Assembly: GCA_035510735.1 (NCBI GenBank)
Contig: DATKGN010000003.1
Location: 14,208-78,207 of the forward strand
Length of the DNA: 64,000 nt
Direction of reading: 5' to 3'
Origin: Patescibacteria group bacterium
GTDB taxonomy: Bacteria > Patescibacteriota > Microgenomatia > UBA10105 > UBA927
Shown here: positions 1 through 10,434 of the stretch, in pieces
Layout of the letters: each line of letters starts with the position of its first letter
How positions within the stretch are numbered: the first letter of the stretch is position 1
Position numbers and translations under genes: made by a program
Notes under the pieces: model-generated
Databases searched by the model: none
What the model was told of the DNA's origin: nothing
What the model saw: only the letters and a program-made list of their open reading frames with translations

Positions 1-2
1 TC

Positions 3-1040
3 GGTCCTCCCCGGCCAAGAAATCTGCATTTTTTTACAAAAAATTCCGGTTACCCGACGTATTTCGGGCCAAAACCGAAAAATTACCGTGAACTTTGCCG
101 TATCAATCAAACGTATGCAGATATAGCCGCTTCTATTCAGGCAGTTACTGAGGAATTACTCATTGGTATGGCCAATACGGTGTATAAGGAAACGAGGCTT
201 GAAAACCTCGTTATTGGCGGCGGGGTTGCGCTAAATAGTGTCGCAAACACCATAATACTGCAAAGAACTCCCTTTAAACGGCTGTTTATCCAACCCGCAG
301 CCGGTGATGATGGCGGAGCCCTCGGTGCCGCGCTCTATGTATATCATGCGGTATTGGGGGGTAAACGCACGTGGTCGCAGGATACATCATATTTCGGCCG
401 CGGATATACCGACCGTGACATTATGACCTATCTCAAGGCGCACCGAATCCGGTTTACCAACATTGACAGTGAAAGTCGGCTTGCTGCGATCATTGCTAAT
501 GAACTCATCGCAAACAAGGTTGTGGGTTTTTTCCATGGCCGCGCCGAGTGGGGGCCCAGGGCGCTTGGGGCCCGTTCAATTCTCGCAAGTCCGCTGGATA
601 AAAAAATGAAGGATATCGTGAACGTCCGAATCAAATTCCGCGAACCGTACCGTCCGTTTGCGCCTGTTGTCATGGCAGAAAAAGTAAAAAACTATTTTGA
701 TGTCGGTGAGAAGGATTATAGGAATCTTGCTCATTTCATGCTCGGCGTTTTTCCGGTAAAAAAGGAAATGAGACATGTTATTCCTGCAGTAACTCATGTA
801 GACGGATCCGCACGGCCGCAGATTATTACCCGAAAGCAAAATTCCCTCTATTACGATATTGTGAAACGATTCGGTGATAAAACCGGTGTCTACGTACTCC
901 TCAACACGTCATTTAATCTGAAGGGCGAACCGATTGTTAATTCGCCCGAAGATGCACTGAAAACATTCAAAACATCAGGAATGGATGTATTGATTCTTGA
1001 ACATTGTATAGTGAGGAAACAGGATATTTCGTCTCTCTGA
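3..1040 (+). CDS. Carbamoyltransferase (NodU/CmcH family), 5'-partial
   Basis: Motifs GGVALN, PAAGDDG, EWGPRALGARS, KFREPYRPFAP, HVDGSAR, LLNTSFN; frame stays open to the window edge (YADIAASIQ upstream of 168). Confidence 0.92.
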   Translation, partial: GPPRPRNLHFFTKNSGYPTYFGPKPKNYRELCRINQTYADIAASIQAVTEELLIGMANTVYKETRLENLVIGGGVALNSVANTIILQRTPFKRLFIQPAAGDDGGALGAALYVYHAVLGGKRTWSQDTSYFGRGYTDRDIMTYLKAHRIRFTNIDSESRLAAIIANELIANKVVGFFHGRAEWGPRALGARSILASPLDKKMKDIVNVRIKFREPYRPFAPVVMAEKVKNYFDVGEKDYRNLAHFMLGVFPVKKEMRHVIPAVTHVDGSARPQIITRKQNSLYYDIVKRFGDKTGVYVLLNTSFNLKGEPIVNSPEDALKTFKTSGMDVLILEHCIVRKQDISSL

Positions 1041-1099
1041 TGAGTGCACGTTCGTTCTTTGATATTGACGTAAGGTCTTTTTTCCCTTATTGTGAAAAT

Positions 1100-1561
1100 A
1101 TGGGGGACTTGTATAAGCGGACGGCACGTGGTTTTACCCTTATTGAGTTATTGGTAGTCATGGGTATTATTATCGTTCTCGTCGCTATTGTTCTTGTTGC
1201 CGTAAGTCCCGGGCGGCAATTCTCTCAGGCAAACAACACCAAACGCAGAAGCGATGTCGTTGCTATATTAAATGCAGTACAGCAATATGTGGTAGATAAT
1301 CATGGGGTGTTGCCCGCTGGCATAACGGCATCCGCCAAAACTATAGAAAAAGCCGGTGGTATTGATCTTTGTGCGTCGCTCGTAACGACCTACCTCGCCG
1401 CACTGCCTGTTGACCCGTTGACAAACAGCGGCACACTTGTTTCCGACTGTACATCTTCATACAACACAAATTATACAATCCTCAAGAGTGCGGCTGACAG
1501 CCGGATTACGGTCGCCGCCCCCGCCGCGGAGTTGAGCGCTACCATCAGTGCGACGCAGTAA
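1100..1561 (+). CDS. Type IV pilin-like protein with prepilin N-methylation motif
   Basis: RGFTLIELLVV class III signal; likely start ATG 1100. Confidence 0.9.
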   Translation: MGDLYKRTARGFTLIELLVVMGIIIVLVAIVLVAVSPGRQFSQANNTKRRSDVVAILNAVQQYVVDNHGVLPAGITASAKTIEKAGGIDLCASLVTTYLAALPVDPLTNSGTLVSDCTSSYNTNYTILKSAADSRITVAAPAAELSATISATQ

Positions 1562-3017
1562 ACGAGATTTGGTAAAGGCCGATTGCATCTTCATTGTAGG
1601 GCTTGTTAAATATAATAATAGGCGTGAGATACGGCTGTGTCTCCGGTGTAATTAATGATAGCCGCGTCGCTAAATAGAGAGAACCCTTTTCCGTTATGGG
1701 TTCTAATTTTCTAAAATCGTGAATGTTTGTCATGGTCGCAAATATGATGCGTACGTACGGTTTAAAGTAATAGTATGTTAAAAGATAATCGCTTGGGTTT
1801 CCCGGGGAATCGGCAACAGCTAAAAGGAGTATTTTATCGTGCGGCACATGCGTGTCGATCCATGACACGAGCTCCGGAATGCCATACCCCGACGTCCAGG
1901 AAATCGCATAGTTTTGCTCGTGGACTGCGTTGGGGAAAAGATGGAAATAACCTGCAGGATTTACTATAAAGAAAAGTCCCCAGATTGAGAATAGACAAAA
2001 CGCTACAACGGGTGCGAACTTCCATTTGACTCTGTTAAAAAATATTGCCGTCATGACGGCCAAGAGCGGCAGGATCCCTATCATGCCGATAATGTAGTAC
2101 CTGGCGAGAATATTTTTTCCAATGAATATCGTGATCGCGATCGGTATAAAAAGCCAGATCATGAAGAGCACCGTACGGTCTTTGAGTTTGGGAAATCGAA
2201 TAGGATATGCCAAAAATATAATGAGCGGATTGAGGTAAAGTAAAAGGACGACCGGTGTCACGAGGAAATTCCGAAACCATACTGCAACGGGAAACTGAAA
2301 GAGCTCCTTTGCCGTGAACACAAAAAAGTCCGGTTCATGCAGAATGTTGGAAAAATTAGGTTGTAAAACCAGTGGGAGTATTATAAGCGCAGGGCCGAGG
2401 CACCACATCGCAATTCCAATAGTCACTTGAGTCGTACTAATATCGCCACGTAGCCTTTTCCATAAAAGTCCGAGCGTCGCAAGGAGAACGATAAGGAAAG
2501 CAGTCGTTTTTATCCAGAGGGCAATCCCGAGGAACACGGCGATAACTGGAATCTGCACCGGAATCTTCTTCTTCCATGGCTGGAGTATTAACCAGAGCGT
2601 GTAACAACTGACGGCAAAGAGAAGTCCGTCCATGAGTGCGAGGGTTTGGGTCAGGATAAAAAGGGGGCTTACGGCAAGCAATGCTAATGCGATATGTCGA
2701 ACCCGTTCGGGATATGAACGCTTCATAACATCGCTGAGAATAAAAAATACCGGAATGTTGACGAGAAATACCATAAGTCTTGCTCCGTATAACGGGTGAT
2801 GAAATATGAATGATCCGATCCCGAAGAGCCACATGGCAAGCGGTTGTCGGCTTACAAATGTGAGCGATGCCCATCGGAAATTTGGGTTATAGATCATGAG
2901 CTGCCCCCAGCGGATATAGAGTGACTCATCGGTAAACGGCGGGAAGGTGAAGAGAAAGTACAGACGATACGCAATAAATACGATGAATAATAAGACAAGC
3001 GTATATGATTTCTTCAT
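1545..3017 (-). CDS. ArnT/GT39-like multi-TM glycosyltransferase
   Basis: FTDESLY motif after TM1, QPL motif, about 12 hydrophobic segments. Confidence 0.7.
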   Translation of the reverse strand: MKKSYTLVLLFIVFIAYRLYFLFTFPPFTDESLYIRWGQLMIYNPNFRWASLTFVSRQPLAMWLFGIGSFIFHHPLYGARLMVFLVNIPVFFILSDVMKRSYPERVRHIALALLAVSPLFILTQTLALMDGLLFAVSCYTLWLILQPWKKKIPVQIPVIAVFLGIALWIKTTAFLIVLLATLGLLWKRLRGDISTTQVTIGIAMWCLGPALIILPLVLQPNFSNILHEPDFFVFTAKELFQFPVAVWFRNFLVTPVVLLLYLNPLIIFLAYPIRFPKLKDRTVLFMIWLFIPIAITIFIGKNILARYYIIGMIGILPLLAVMTAIFFNRVKWKFAPVVAFCLFSIWGLFFIVNPAGYFHLFPNAVHEQNYAISWTSGYGIPELVSWIDTHVPHDKILLLAVADSPGNPSDYLLTYYYFKPYVRIIFATMTNIHDFRKLEPITEKGSLYLATRLSLITPETQPYLTPIIIFNKPYNEDAIGLYQISFTASH

Positions 3018-3074
3018 GGTTTTCCTAAGAATATCACATTATATCAACATGCACGTGCTATAATCCGACGTACT

Positions 3075-3395
3075 ATGGTGGAGACATTAGATGCTAACGA
3101 ACAACCCGGGTTAACATTCATTGATTTTATTCAAGCGTGTGTTGACGGGGAGATGTGGAGTAAAACGTTAACGTATGATCAGTGGAAGAGAGAAAAGTTT
3201 GCAGAGACACTTTTACCCAAATACAACACCTTCGTTCTGAACGATCTCGAAGCGGCAAACGGTGATATAACCAAACTTCACGGTGGGAATTTTTATGACT
3301 GGATGGCTGAAGTCAAAGGCTTGGCATTAACTCCCGATGAAGAAGAAATGCGTTCGCATAAAGCACCTTTTGATCAAGCAGGTCAGGAGTTGTGA
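3075..3395 (+). CDS. Hypothetical protein
   Basis: 106-aa ORF preceded by an extended -10 (TGCTATAAT, about 3056-3064). Confidence 0.6.
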   Translation: MVETLDANEQPGLTFIDFIQACVDGEMWSKTLTYDQWKREKFAETLLPKYNTFVLNDLEAANGDITKLHGGNFYDWMAEVKGLALTPDEEEMRSHKAPFDQAGQEL

Positions 3396-4190
3396 CTATC
3401 CTATTCGATTTTGAATAAATCGGTACGTAAGATAGCTCGTGATGAGCGACACGGAAAATGCTGCGGCGGTTCCCACATATAGACCGAGTGATGGATACAA
3501 TAACTCAACCGCCAGCGCGTAAATGACCACATTCAACCCCCCGCTAATCATGAGCACTTTCATAATGGCGCTGGAAAAATCTTTTCCATGACTTAGACGT
3601 GTGATGATCATGGTTGATAACATAATAGCCGGGAATGATGCGAAAACACCTCCTAAAATAGGCCCTCCGAGCCTTGACGCAACGACAGCTCCCGCGATTA
3701 TCGACCCGCTAAGACACGCTCTAAATAGGATCTGCCCGAATGAGTAGGTCATTTTACGGCTGCCCTGGGAGCGGACGTCCGTACGCTTTCCGACAACGAA
3801 AATTGACGAAGCGTAGAGTACACCGAAAAGGATTAATGAGAGCCCAAGATTACTCAATTCAGACAGAACAACGAAAAATGAAAGAATAAACCAGATAACG
3901 AGAGGAATTGCAATGGAAGTAACAAATGAACGCTTAGATAAGAGGATATATACAGCACTAAACAGTGCATCTACGCCTAAAACAACCGGAATTGCGACGA
4001 CGGACTTTACCGCGAATGCGGGTGATTGCGTGAGTCCGATGAAAAACAGAGAAAGGACTGTTGTTGAGGGGATTCCTGTAATCACCCCTCCGATTTTCGA
4101 ACCATATTTTTCAGCGAGAATCGTTGCAGTCGTTATCCAAGTGGCACCAACAATAAAAGACAACATGAGGCGAACATAAAAAATATCCAT
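3396..4190 (-). CDS. Membrane protein (DUF3147-like, internally duplicated)
   Basis: AEKYGSKIGGVITGIP and RLGGPILGGVFASFP repeats; 8 TM-like segments. Confidence 0.65.
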   Translation of the reverse strand: MDIFYVRLMLSFIVGATWITTATILAEKYGSKIGGVITGIPSTTVLSLFFIGLTQSPAFAVKSVVAIPVVLGVDALFSAVYILLSKRSFVTSIAIPLVIWFILSFFVVLSELSNLGLSLILFGVLYASSIFVVGKRTDVRSQGSRKMTYSFGQILFRACLSGSIIAGAVVASRLGGPILGGVFASFPAIMLSTMIITRLSHGKDFSSAIMKVLMISGGLNVVIYALAVELLYPSLGLYVGTAAAFSVSLITSYLTYRFIQNRIG

Positions 4191-4236
4191 ATGTCTATGA
4201 GCATTATACTCATTATGTCCATCCGGGGATGATATC

Positions 4237-4551
4237 TTAAATGACGTGCAATACCGCGAGTACTAATCCAATGATGATGACGACTACAATGAGGTGAGAA
4301 AATCCGACGATGGCGATAAGTCCGAGCGTCGATAACAACCACAATACAAGAAGAACCCCGGCGATAACACGAAGTGGCCCCGGCAACGATTCAATTGCCC
4401 AAAGGATTACCAAGAATATAAGTAAGTCCCAGAGGCTGATGGAATGGCCATTGAGCACAAACAGCGGGAAATTTGGGATCGATATCCCTTGGATATGTAT
4501 ATATCCAAAAAACCATAATACGACAAGAATAAGGAGTATGGCACCCAACAT
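4237..4551 (-). CDS. Small membrane protein
   Basis: 104 aa, four hydrophobic segments. Confidence 0.65.
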   Translation of the reverse strand: MLGAILLILVVLWFFGYIHIQGISIPNFPLFVLNGHSISLWDLLIFLVILWAIESLPGPLRVIAGVLLVLWLLSTLGLIAIVGFSHLIVVVIIIGLVLAVLHVI

Positions 4552-4668
4552 AACGAATTATTTTCATTATAACACGGTGAACAAACGTTGAAGCAACAGT
4601 ATATATATTGTAGCTGAGGTATTTTCCAATTATTATGAAACATCCCGTTCATACGATATAATCCCCCT

Positions 4669-5187
4669 ATGAATATAGAAGCAGTCCGTCATCGGTATCC
4701 GTTGCCCCAAGGAAGTTTTGAAGCATATTTACGACCGCGCATATCTCCGCCGTTGGATATTACCCGGCTGGAAGTCGGGTTCATGGCGGGGTCGGAGAGG
4801 TCGGAGTTGGTGACGCCTACGATTGGCAATATATCGCATATATTACAATACAAAGGAAAAGAAGGTGCGGTGAGCAGTTTTGAAATACGGCATGATGTTG
4901 ATCTCGTATTAGTTCAGCTTCAAGGCGCGAGATCTAGAGTCTCGTGGCGGGTGGCTACAGCGGTACGGTGGGATACGTTGCTACTGGACGAGGCCGTACA
5001 AATTGCAACTATTGAAGAAAGCGGAATTCAGCGCATCGGCATGCCAAATCCTCTCTTGATTCGTGGGATTGAAGACGCTGAATCTGAAGATGCGTTTAAT
5101 AGATATGAGGCATTTATAATTATCGCGGCGTTACAATGGTCAGCAGAAGATCAGCTTTACATACGGGATATTAAACCTGGCGTGTGA
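4669..5187 (+). CDS. Hypothetical protein
   Basis: 172-aa ORF, TATAAT just upstream. Confidence 0.55.
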   Translation: MNIEAVRHRYPLPQGSFEAYLRPRISPPLDITRLEVGFMAGSERSELVTPTIGNISHILQYKGKEGAVSSFEIRHDVDLVLVQLQGARSRVSWRVATAVRWDTLLLDEAVQIATIEESGIQRIGMPNPLLIRGIEDAESEDAFNRYEAFIIIAALQWSAEDQLYIRDIKPGV

Positions 5188-5382
5188 GGAATTATATGAT
5201 ATGTCAATTCGTACATGTCGAACGTGGTATGGGCGGAAGTGCCATTGATGTTCGGATAAAAAACAGTACGACCCGTTCCGGGAAATACAATAAACTTGGA
5301 ATAATTTTCTAGCTACGATTTTCCCGTCCTGCATTGCTTATGAACGTATGACCTATTATTTGACGATATAGTGTTACCAAAT

Positions 5383-6600
5383 CTACACCGTTTTATGCTT
5401 CTTTCGAAGAAACGGTGATTCAATAAGCGTATACGAAGCAATTGCTGTAATTATCGTAATACTAAGCACTACAAAAAACCGACTAAAAGACGGTGTGCTG
5501 GAGTTTACAAATCCTGGTTTCAAATACAGAAGATCAAAGAAAACATAATGGTACAGATACAAACCATACGAGATAAACCCAATACCATAGAAAAAGGTTC
5601 TGGGGTGGATAAGAAGCTTGACAATACGGGAGACAGAATACTGTATTCTCCTGTACGTAAACACAACACTCCTGGAAATGATGTACCATCCGATTAAAAT
5701 GCAAAGTGAAGGCGGCAGAATAAACATACGATTTATAACATCCTTCGACCATGGGATAAACATAGCAAAGTGAATGTTATAGTTTATCCAAAGGTACAAA
5801 CTTATTAGCAGAATAACGTAACCTGCGTTTGGAATCCGCTTTTTAAGAGCTATTACGTCTGCTTTACGTTCACATATGATGTAGCTTAAAAACATCCCAA
5901 AAAGGAAATAATCGATCATCCCCCATACAGTCACGTAGACATTGAGCCGGAACATGTCAAAGCTAGCGACAAGACCCAGCGTCAACAACAGATACCGCAC
6001 GGCACAACCAAAACACAATATATACATCCCAACTACCAGCGGGTGAATTTTATGTACTATACGGGAGAGTGCTGCAAAAAGAAGCGGCGCAATGAGGTAA
6101 AATTGCATCTCGGTTGAAAGTATTGCTAAAAGTTGTTGAATGGGTAACGTGAGGTAGTCAAAATTAGCGGTAAAGGTAAAAAAACGCACGATGTAGTGTA
6201 GAGAAACAGCCGTCTGGCGATAAAAAATGAATATACAGGCCAACATACATACATAATATGCAGGAGCAATCCGAAGCCATCGATTAATATAATATGAGCG
6301 TAGTGATTTTATCGATAATGTATATTTTTTAGAAAAAAATCCGTATCCCACACTAAAACCGGATATAAGATAGAAGATGGGTACAGCAATCCCTCCGTCG
6401 GGGGCGACAATAAAGGAGAGATCGATTCCGTGAATCATGATCCAGCCGTTTATACGTTGGAGATGATCCCAAATAACAACAAGACATGCCAGCCCGCGTA
6501 GTCCCAAGACGGGGTCCAGACGCTCGGAATAGAAAATATATGATCGGATAGTACGCAAACAAGTTCTAATAATATTTGATTTTAACATACCATACATCAT
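5383..6600 (-). CDS. Acyltransferase family 3 (OafA-like)
   Basis: GLRGLACLVV..H, FYLISGF, RWLRIAP, LSTEMQFY, GFISYGLYLYH, SYTLIESPF. Confidence 0.9.
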   Translation of the reverse strand: MMYGMLKSNIIRTCLRTIRSYIFYSERLDPVLGLRGLACLVVIWDHLQRINGWIMIHGIDLSFIVAPDGGIAVPIFYLISGFSVGYGFFSKKYTLSIKSLRSYYINRWLRIAPAYYVCMLACIFIFYRQTAVSLHYIVRFFTFTANFDYLTLPIQQLLAILSTEMQFYLIAPLLFAALSRIVHKIHPLVVGMYILCFGCAVRYLLLTLGLVASFDMFRLNVYVTVWGMIDYFLFGMFLSYIICERKADVIALKKRIPNAGYVILLISLYLWINYNIHFAMFIPWSKDVINRMFILPPSLCILIGWYIISRSVVFTYRRIQYSVSRIVKLLIHPRTFFYGIGFISYGLYLYHYVFFDLLYLKPGFVNSSTPSFSRFFVVLSITIITAIASYTLIESPFLRKKHKTV

Positions 6601-6778
6601 TTCATAAACGTATTACACAGGACTCCGGTGCTACCCAATTTCCGGTAGATAGTCATTGATTACGAGGCTATTTTTAACCAAATTTTCGTTCGAAGTTGGT
6701 GAAGATAACAAATTATTTGTATAATCGTCGAGAGGCCCTACCTCGTCAAACTGCGCGCGGGAGCGCGCTGGAACCATT

Positions 6779-6797
6779 GGCGGCGCTTCGCGCCGCC
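6779..6797. repeat. Perfect GC hairpin GGCGGCGC-TTC-GCGCCGCC
   Basis: Inverted repeat seen directly, about 19 bp left of array unit 1. Confidence 0.8.
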
Positions 6798-6815
6798 CCG
6801 ACAAGCCGGAATTTG

Positions 6816-6908
6816 GTGCCCCTAGGAGACCATATACGAACCTGGTTTGGTTCAAATCAACAGCAAGCGGAGATATTGAAGGTAGTATATAAGTACTTAG
6901 CTATTTAG
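6816..6908 (+). repeat. 93-bp att-like/peptide-tail repeat, copy 1
   Basis: GTGCCCCTAGGAGACCATATACGAACCTGG; encodes VPLGDHIRTWFGSNQQQAEILKVVYKYLAI*. Confidence 0.95.
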
Positions 6909-7020
6909 GTGCCTCCAAATTACAGAATAAGTTTATTCATGCTCTTTGGATTTGACAGCTCACCGATTGCGACGTACTATCGGACCAAAATAAGGTATCG
7001 AGGTATATTTCACGAAATAT

Positions 7021-7503
7021 ATGGTCAATCTGGAAAACGATAGCGCTGCCCAAGAGGGTTCAGTGACCTCAGAGCCGCTACACCAGCTTTCTAATGAGGC
7101 AACACAACTTATTGATCTGGCGATGAGCAAGGTGAGAAAAGGGTCGATAGGCACAGATGGGAGCCAAACGGTTTTTCTTAGGCATGGGCGCCATCTCTAT
7201 AGAATTACTGACGAACAGGTAGAAGTGGAAAAGGTAGGACCAATTGTCACAGCTGTTCATTCCAAAGGATCGTTACGTTCTGGATTACATGTGGTGATAA
7301 TTGCTGACGAACCAGGCGGTTATTTTTTTAGCGTGGATCTACCTCGAAGTAGTAAAGAGAATTTCGATGAACAGGAGCTTCATCAACTCGGAGAAAAATT
7401 ATATCCCCATAGTACGGTTCATCTCACCGCAGCGCAGATAAAAGAAACTAAAAGAACAACAAAGGCAAATTGGGAAAGAGTGCTCCGATCCCCTTGGTAT
7501 TAG
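7021..7503 (+). CDS. Hypothetical protein (cassette 1 cargo)
   Basis: 160-aa ORF fills the space between repeats 1 and 2. Confidence 0.65.
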   Translation: MVNLENDSAAQEGSVTSEPLHQLSNEATQLIDLAMSKVRKGSIGTDGSQTVFLRHGRHLYRITDEQVEVEKVGPIVTAVHSKGSLRSGLHVVIIADEPGGYFFSVDLPRSSKENFDEQELHQLGEKLYPHSTVHLTAAQIKETKRTTKANWERVLRSPWY

Positions 7504-7552
7504 CATTGGTGATCTGTGCGATAAAAGCTTTGCTTTTTGAAGCTAATTCAAG

Positions 7553-7645
7553 TAACCCCTACGAGACCATATACGAACCTGGTTGAGGGAAAATCCTAGA
7601 GATGGTGAGTTGTTACAAGTGTCATATAGGTTTTTAGCTTTTTAA
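7553..7645 (+). repeat. 93-bp repeat, copy 2
   Basis: CCCCTACGAGACCATATACGAACCTGG; *PLRDHIRTWLRENPRDGELLQVSYRFLAF*. Confidence 0.95.
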
Positions 7646-7826
7646 CAAATATTTTCTCGTTGGAACCAGCTTCTAGCCTCAATAAGAACATGGAAAGCAC
7701 TATTTGAACCTAGCCTCAACCCAACATGGTGTATAACTACCAATTAGGATTAGAATTATGACTATTTTTTAAAATATGCTTAAATAATATTATGGTTGGA
7801 TCTAAAATGCGAAGGATATAGAATAT

Positions 7827-8273
7827 ATGGTAATGAAAAACATTGTGTTCGCTGTAATTCTTAGTTTAATATACTTTCTTCCTGAGTTATTAACGTTGCA
7901 GCTAGGAAGTGTCATCACTGCGTTTACAAACCCTGCAATATTAGCTCCTCAAGCTGTCACGCAAATATATACGGAAGCCACATTTTTTCTAATTTCTATA
8001 GTCTTAATATTGGTAAATATATATCTTGCGAAAAGCAAGAAAGAAATTGCTCGCTATATGACGTATATTTTTGCTGCTCCACTCGTTGTAATGAGTCTTA
8101 TCGGGATTTACTTAGTCATTACGTTGATGCAGTTATTGTTGCAAAATAGACTCAGTGAAGGAATACTTACCTTTATGATGTTGATTTCATTCGACTTTTT
8201 TGGCCTTTTGGGAAGCTATGTGTATTTCTTTTTGATTCACCACAAAGTAAATAATGAACTAAAAAGAAAGTAA
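7827..8273 (+). CDS. 4-TM membrane protein (cassette 2 cargo)
   Basis: 148 aa, four hydrophobic helices. Confidence 0.7.
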   Translation: MVMKNIVFAVILSLIYFLPELLTLQLGSVITAFTNPAILAPQAVTQIYTEATFFLISIVLILVNIYLAKSKKEIARYMTYIFAAPLVVMSLIGIYLVITLMQLLLQNRLSEGILTFMMLISFDFFGLLGSYVYFFLIHHKVNNELKRK

Positions 8274-8297
8274 GACCGCGCCAAATTGAGGCTGAAC

Positions 8298-8390
8298 GAC
8301 CCCCTACGAGACCATATACGAACCTGGTTTGCTGAAAATAGACAAGAAGCGGAGATTTTGAGGGTGGTGTATAGATTATTGGTTATATAA
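8298..8390 (+). repeat. 93-bp repeat, copy 3
   Basis: DPLRDHIRTWFAENRQEAEILRVVYRLLVI*. Confidence 0.95.
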
Positions 8391-8443
8391 AATACCCCAA
8401 ATTTTACTTTGAGTGCTATAATTAGCCTGTCAATATAACCCAT

Positions 8444-9154
8444 ATGCTAAAACCGGAAGATTTTGAAAGAATGTTACGTAATCGACCTCAACAAGTAGGC
8501 GTGGAGAGGACTGAGCTTGAGTCTTATAGTAAACAACAAGAAGTTACGTACAATCAAAATGTTTTGTCAAAACAATTACAAGAGGCACAGGCAAAGGCGG
8601 ATTTGTTGAAATGCCAGACGGATTTAATTAAAAAATTTTATCAGGAAGCAGGAATCCAACAACGCATAATAACAATAGCATCATTAATTTCAGGAGGAAA
8701 AATCATTACAGATCGGTCACTTGATGATTCAAATATAACTTTGAATATTCCTTATCACTCGTTTACGGGTCGAATGATTATTCATGACCCATCTATGGAT
8801 AAGTCATACTCTTCATTCGGCACTATGCAAAGTGGCTCAAGTTCTTTACGTGAGGAAGGACAAAAGTTAAGCGCCCCAACTACCTTACATGATAGAATCT
8901 ATGTGAATATTGACTGCTCTATTCAACCGAATCCACTTCGTTTATACTTTAAAGTATGGCACATGCAGTGGCAACAAGAGAAAATGACTAACACAGGAGC
9001 AATTTTTCATCGTACTGGGTGGGTTGAACATGGAATCGGAGGTAGGGATTGGGTTTTTTCGGAAAACGAATGGCTTGGACCAGATGGATGTCTTGTTGAC
9101 GCAGCTTTTACTGACGCTTATGACAGTTATTTAGCTATAACTGGGCAAATTTGA
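8444..9154 (+). CDS. Hypothetical protein with N-terminal coiled coil (cassette 3 cargo)
   Basis: 236-aa ORF; TGCTATAAT at about 8414-8422. Confidence 0.7.
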   Translation: MLKPEDFERMLRNRPQQVGVERTELESYSKQQEVTYNQNVLSKQLQEAQAKADLLKCQTDLIKKFYQEAGIQQRIITIASLISGGKIITDRSLDDSNITLNIPYHSFTGRMIIHDPSMDKSYSSFGTMQSGSSSLREEGQKLSAPTTLHDRIYVNIDCSIQPNPLRLYFKVWHMQWQQEKMTNTGAIFHRTGWVEHGIGGRDWVFSENEWLGPDGCLVDAAFTDAYDSYLAITGQI

Positions 9155-9173
9155 TTCCCTATTTAGCCTCAAG

Positions 9174-9266
9174 TATCCCCTACGAGACCATATACGAACC
9201 TGGATGAGCCTCAATAGATCAGAAGGGGAGTTGTTGAGTGCCTCGTATAGATTGTTAGCACTTTAG
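9174..9266 (+). repeat. 93-bp repeat, copy 4
   Basis: YPLRDHIRTWMSLNRSEGELLSASYRLLAL*. Confidence 0.95.
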
Positions 9267-9428
9267 CAACTTTTTCACAATTTTACACCGTTTAGGCTAC
9301 TACATAAGTTTAATTGTAACTAGAATTACCGTGTTAGGGTCTTCAGCTTGATAATATTGGGAACATGTATAGAAACGAGTTATGGTCTGTAATTTGAATG
9401 TCATATAGACTTATAGTATAATTAACTT

Positions 9429-10106
9429 ATGCAGAATAAAGAAATAAACGAATTTGATAAATCTGATAGGTTGTATGTTGCGGTACCAGAGAGATTCCAT
9501 ACACCAAAAATAGGACAAAAGGCCGTTGCCAGTCTTGAACTTATACCTCTAGCGACGTCTCAGGGAGATTTTGACGCTTTTTGTTATGGATTCTATAGTG
9601 ATGAAGCTGGCGATTTGGCAAGGCAGGCTGTTTTTCAAATGATAGCGCAGCTTATTGGAGAATTGGAATACGCTAAGACGAAAGGCATAAACAATTCATT
9701 AAGTACTCAAATGGCGCCATCGTTATTAGAACACTTTTCTAAACCGTTTGAAGCCGTGTCAATTGAAACATTACTGAATGGCTCTATTAATATTGTAAAT
9801 CCAAGAATGAGAACAAGCAAAGAGATCATGACATATAAGGATGGTAAATTAATAAACTATATGCCTATCATAAAACCTCCAATAGGACTTCCTGGGCTTG
9901 GCGGTGGGAATTACCAGGCAAGGACATTGCAACCTGAAGTATATAACTTAGGATTAATGTCAGTATGTACTACAAGAAGAGACAGTCATATGATTATTGA
10001 CAATCTTTTTGGAGCTCTTAGTTTGTTTATCGCTCAACCAGGATCAGTATTAAATCAGATGTCTGCGGACATTCGAAGAATTCAGGTAGCAAGAGCTTTT
10101 GAATGA
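9429..10106 (+). CDS. Hypothetical protein (cassette 4 cargo)
   Basis: 225-aa ORF; TATAAT at about 9417-9422. Confidence 0.7.
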   Translation: MQNKEINEFDKSDRLYVAVPERFHTPKIGQKAVASLELIPLATSQGDFDAFCYGFYSDEAGDLARQAVFQMIAQLIGELEYAKTKGINNSLSTQMAPSLLEHFSKPFEAVSIETLLNGSINIVNPRMRTSKEIMTYKDGKLINYMPIIKPPIGLPGLGGGNYQARTLQPEVYNLGLMSVCTTRRDSHMIIDNLFGALSLFIAQPGSVLNQMSADIRRIQVARAFE

Positions 10107-10209
10107 GTAGAACGCTACTTTTGACTTCCCTAGGGTTCCTCGCAGGGTCATGTTTCAGCTACTGAACAGGCTGATACAAAGCGCCAAATGCAATATATCG
10201 GTTATGCAA

Positions 10210-10302
10210 GTACCCCTAGGGGACCATATACGAACCTGGTTTAGGAAAAACCAACAAGATGTTGTGATGCTGCAGTCAATATACAGCTGGTTGGTTATTT
10301 AA
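10210..10302 (+). repeat. 93-bp repeat, copy 5
   Basis: GTACCCCTAGGGGACCATATACGAACCTGG; VPLGDHIRTWFRKNQQDVVMLQSIYSWLVI*. Confidence 0.95.
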
Positions 10303-10434
10303 GTCCCATGTGGGAAAAAGCTTAAATAGCAATCATATTTGAGCTTAAATGATATAATGCTGTTGTATGGTTACGCTAACAGGGCGTATTGCCGCTCTAA
10401 GAGTACAAAGGAAAAGATAAAATCGAGTAAAACT

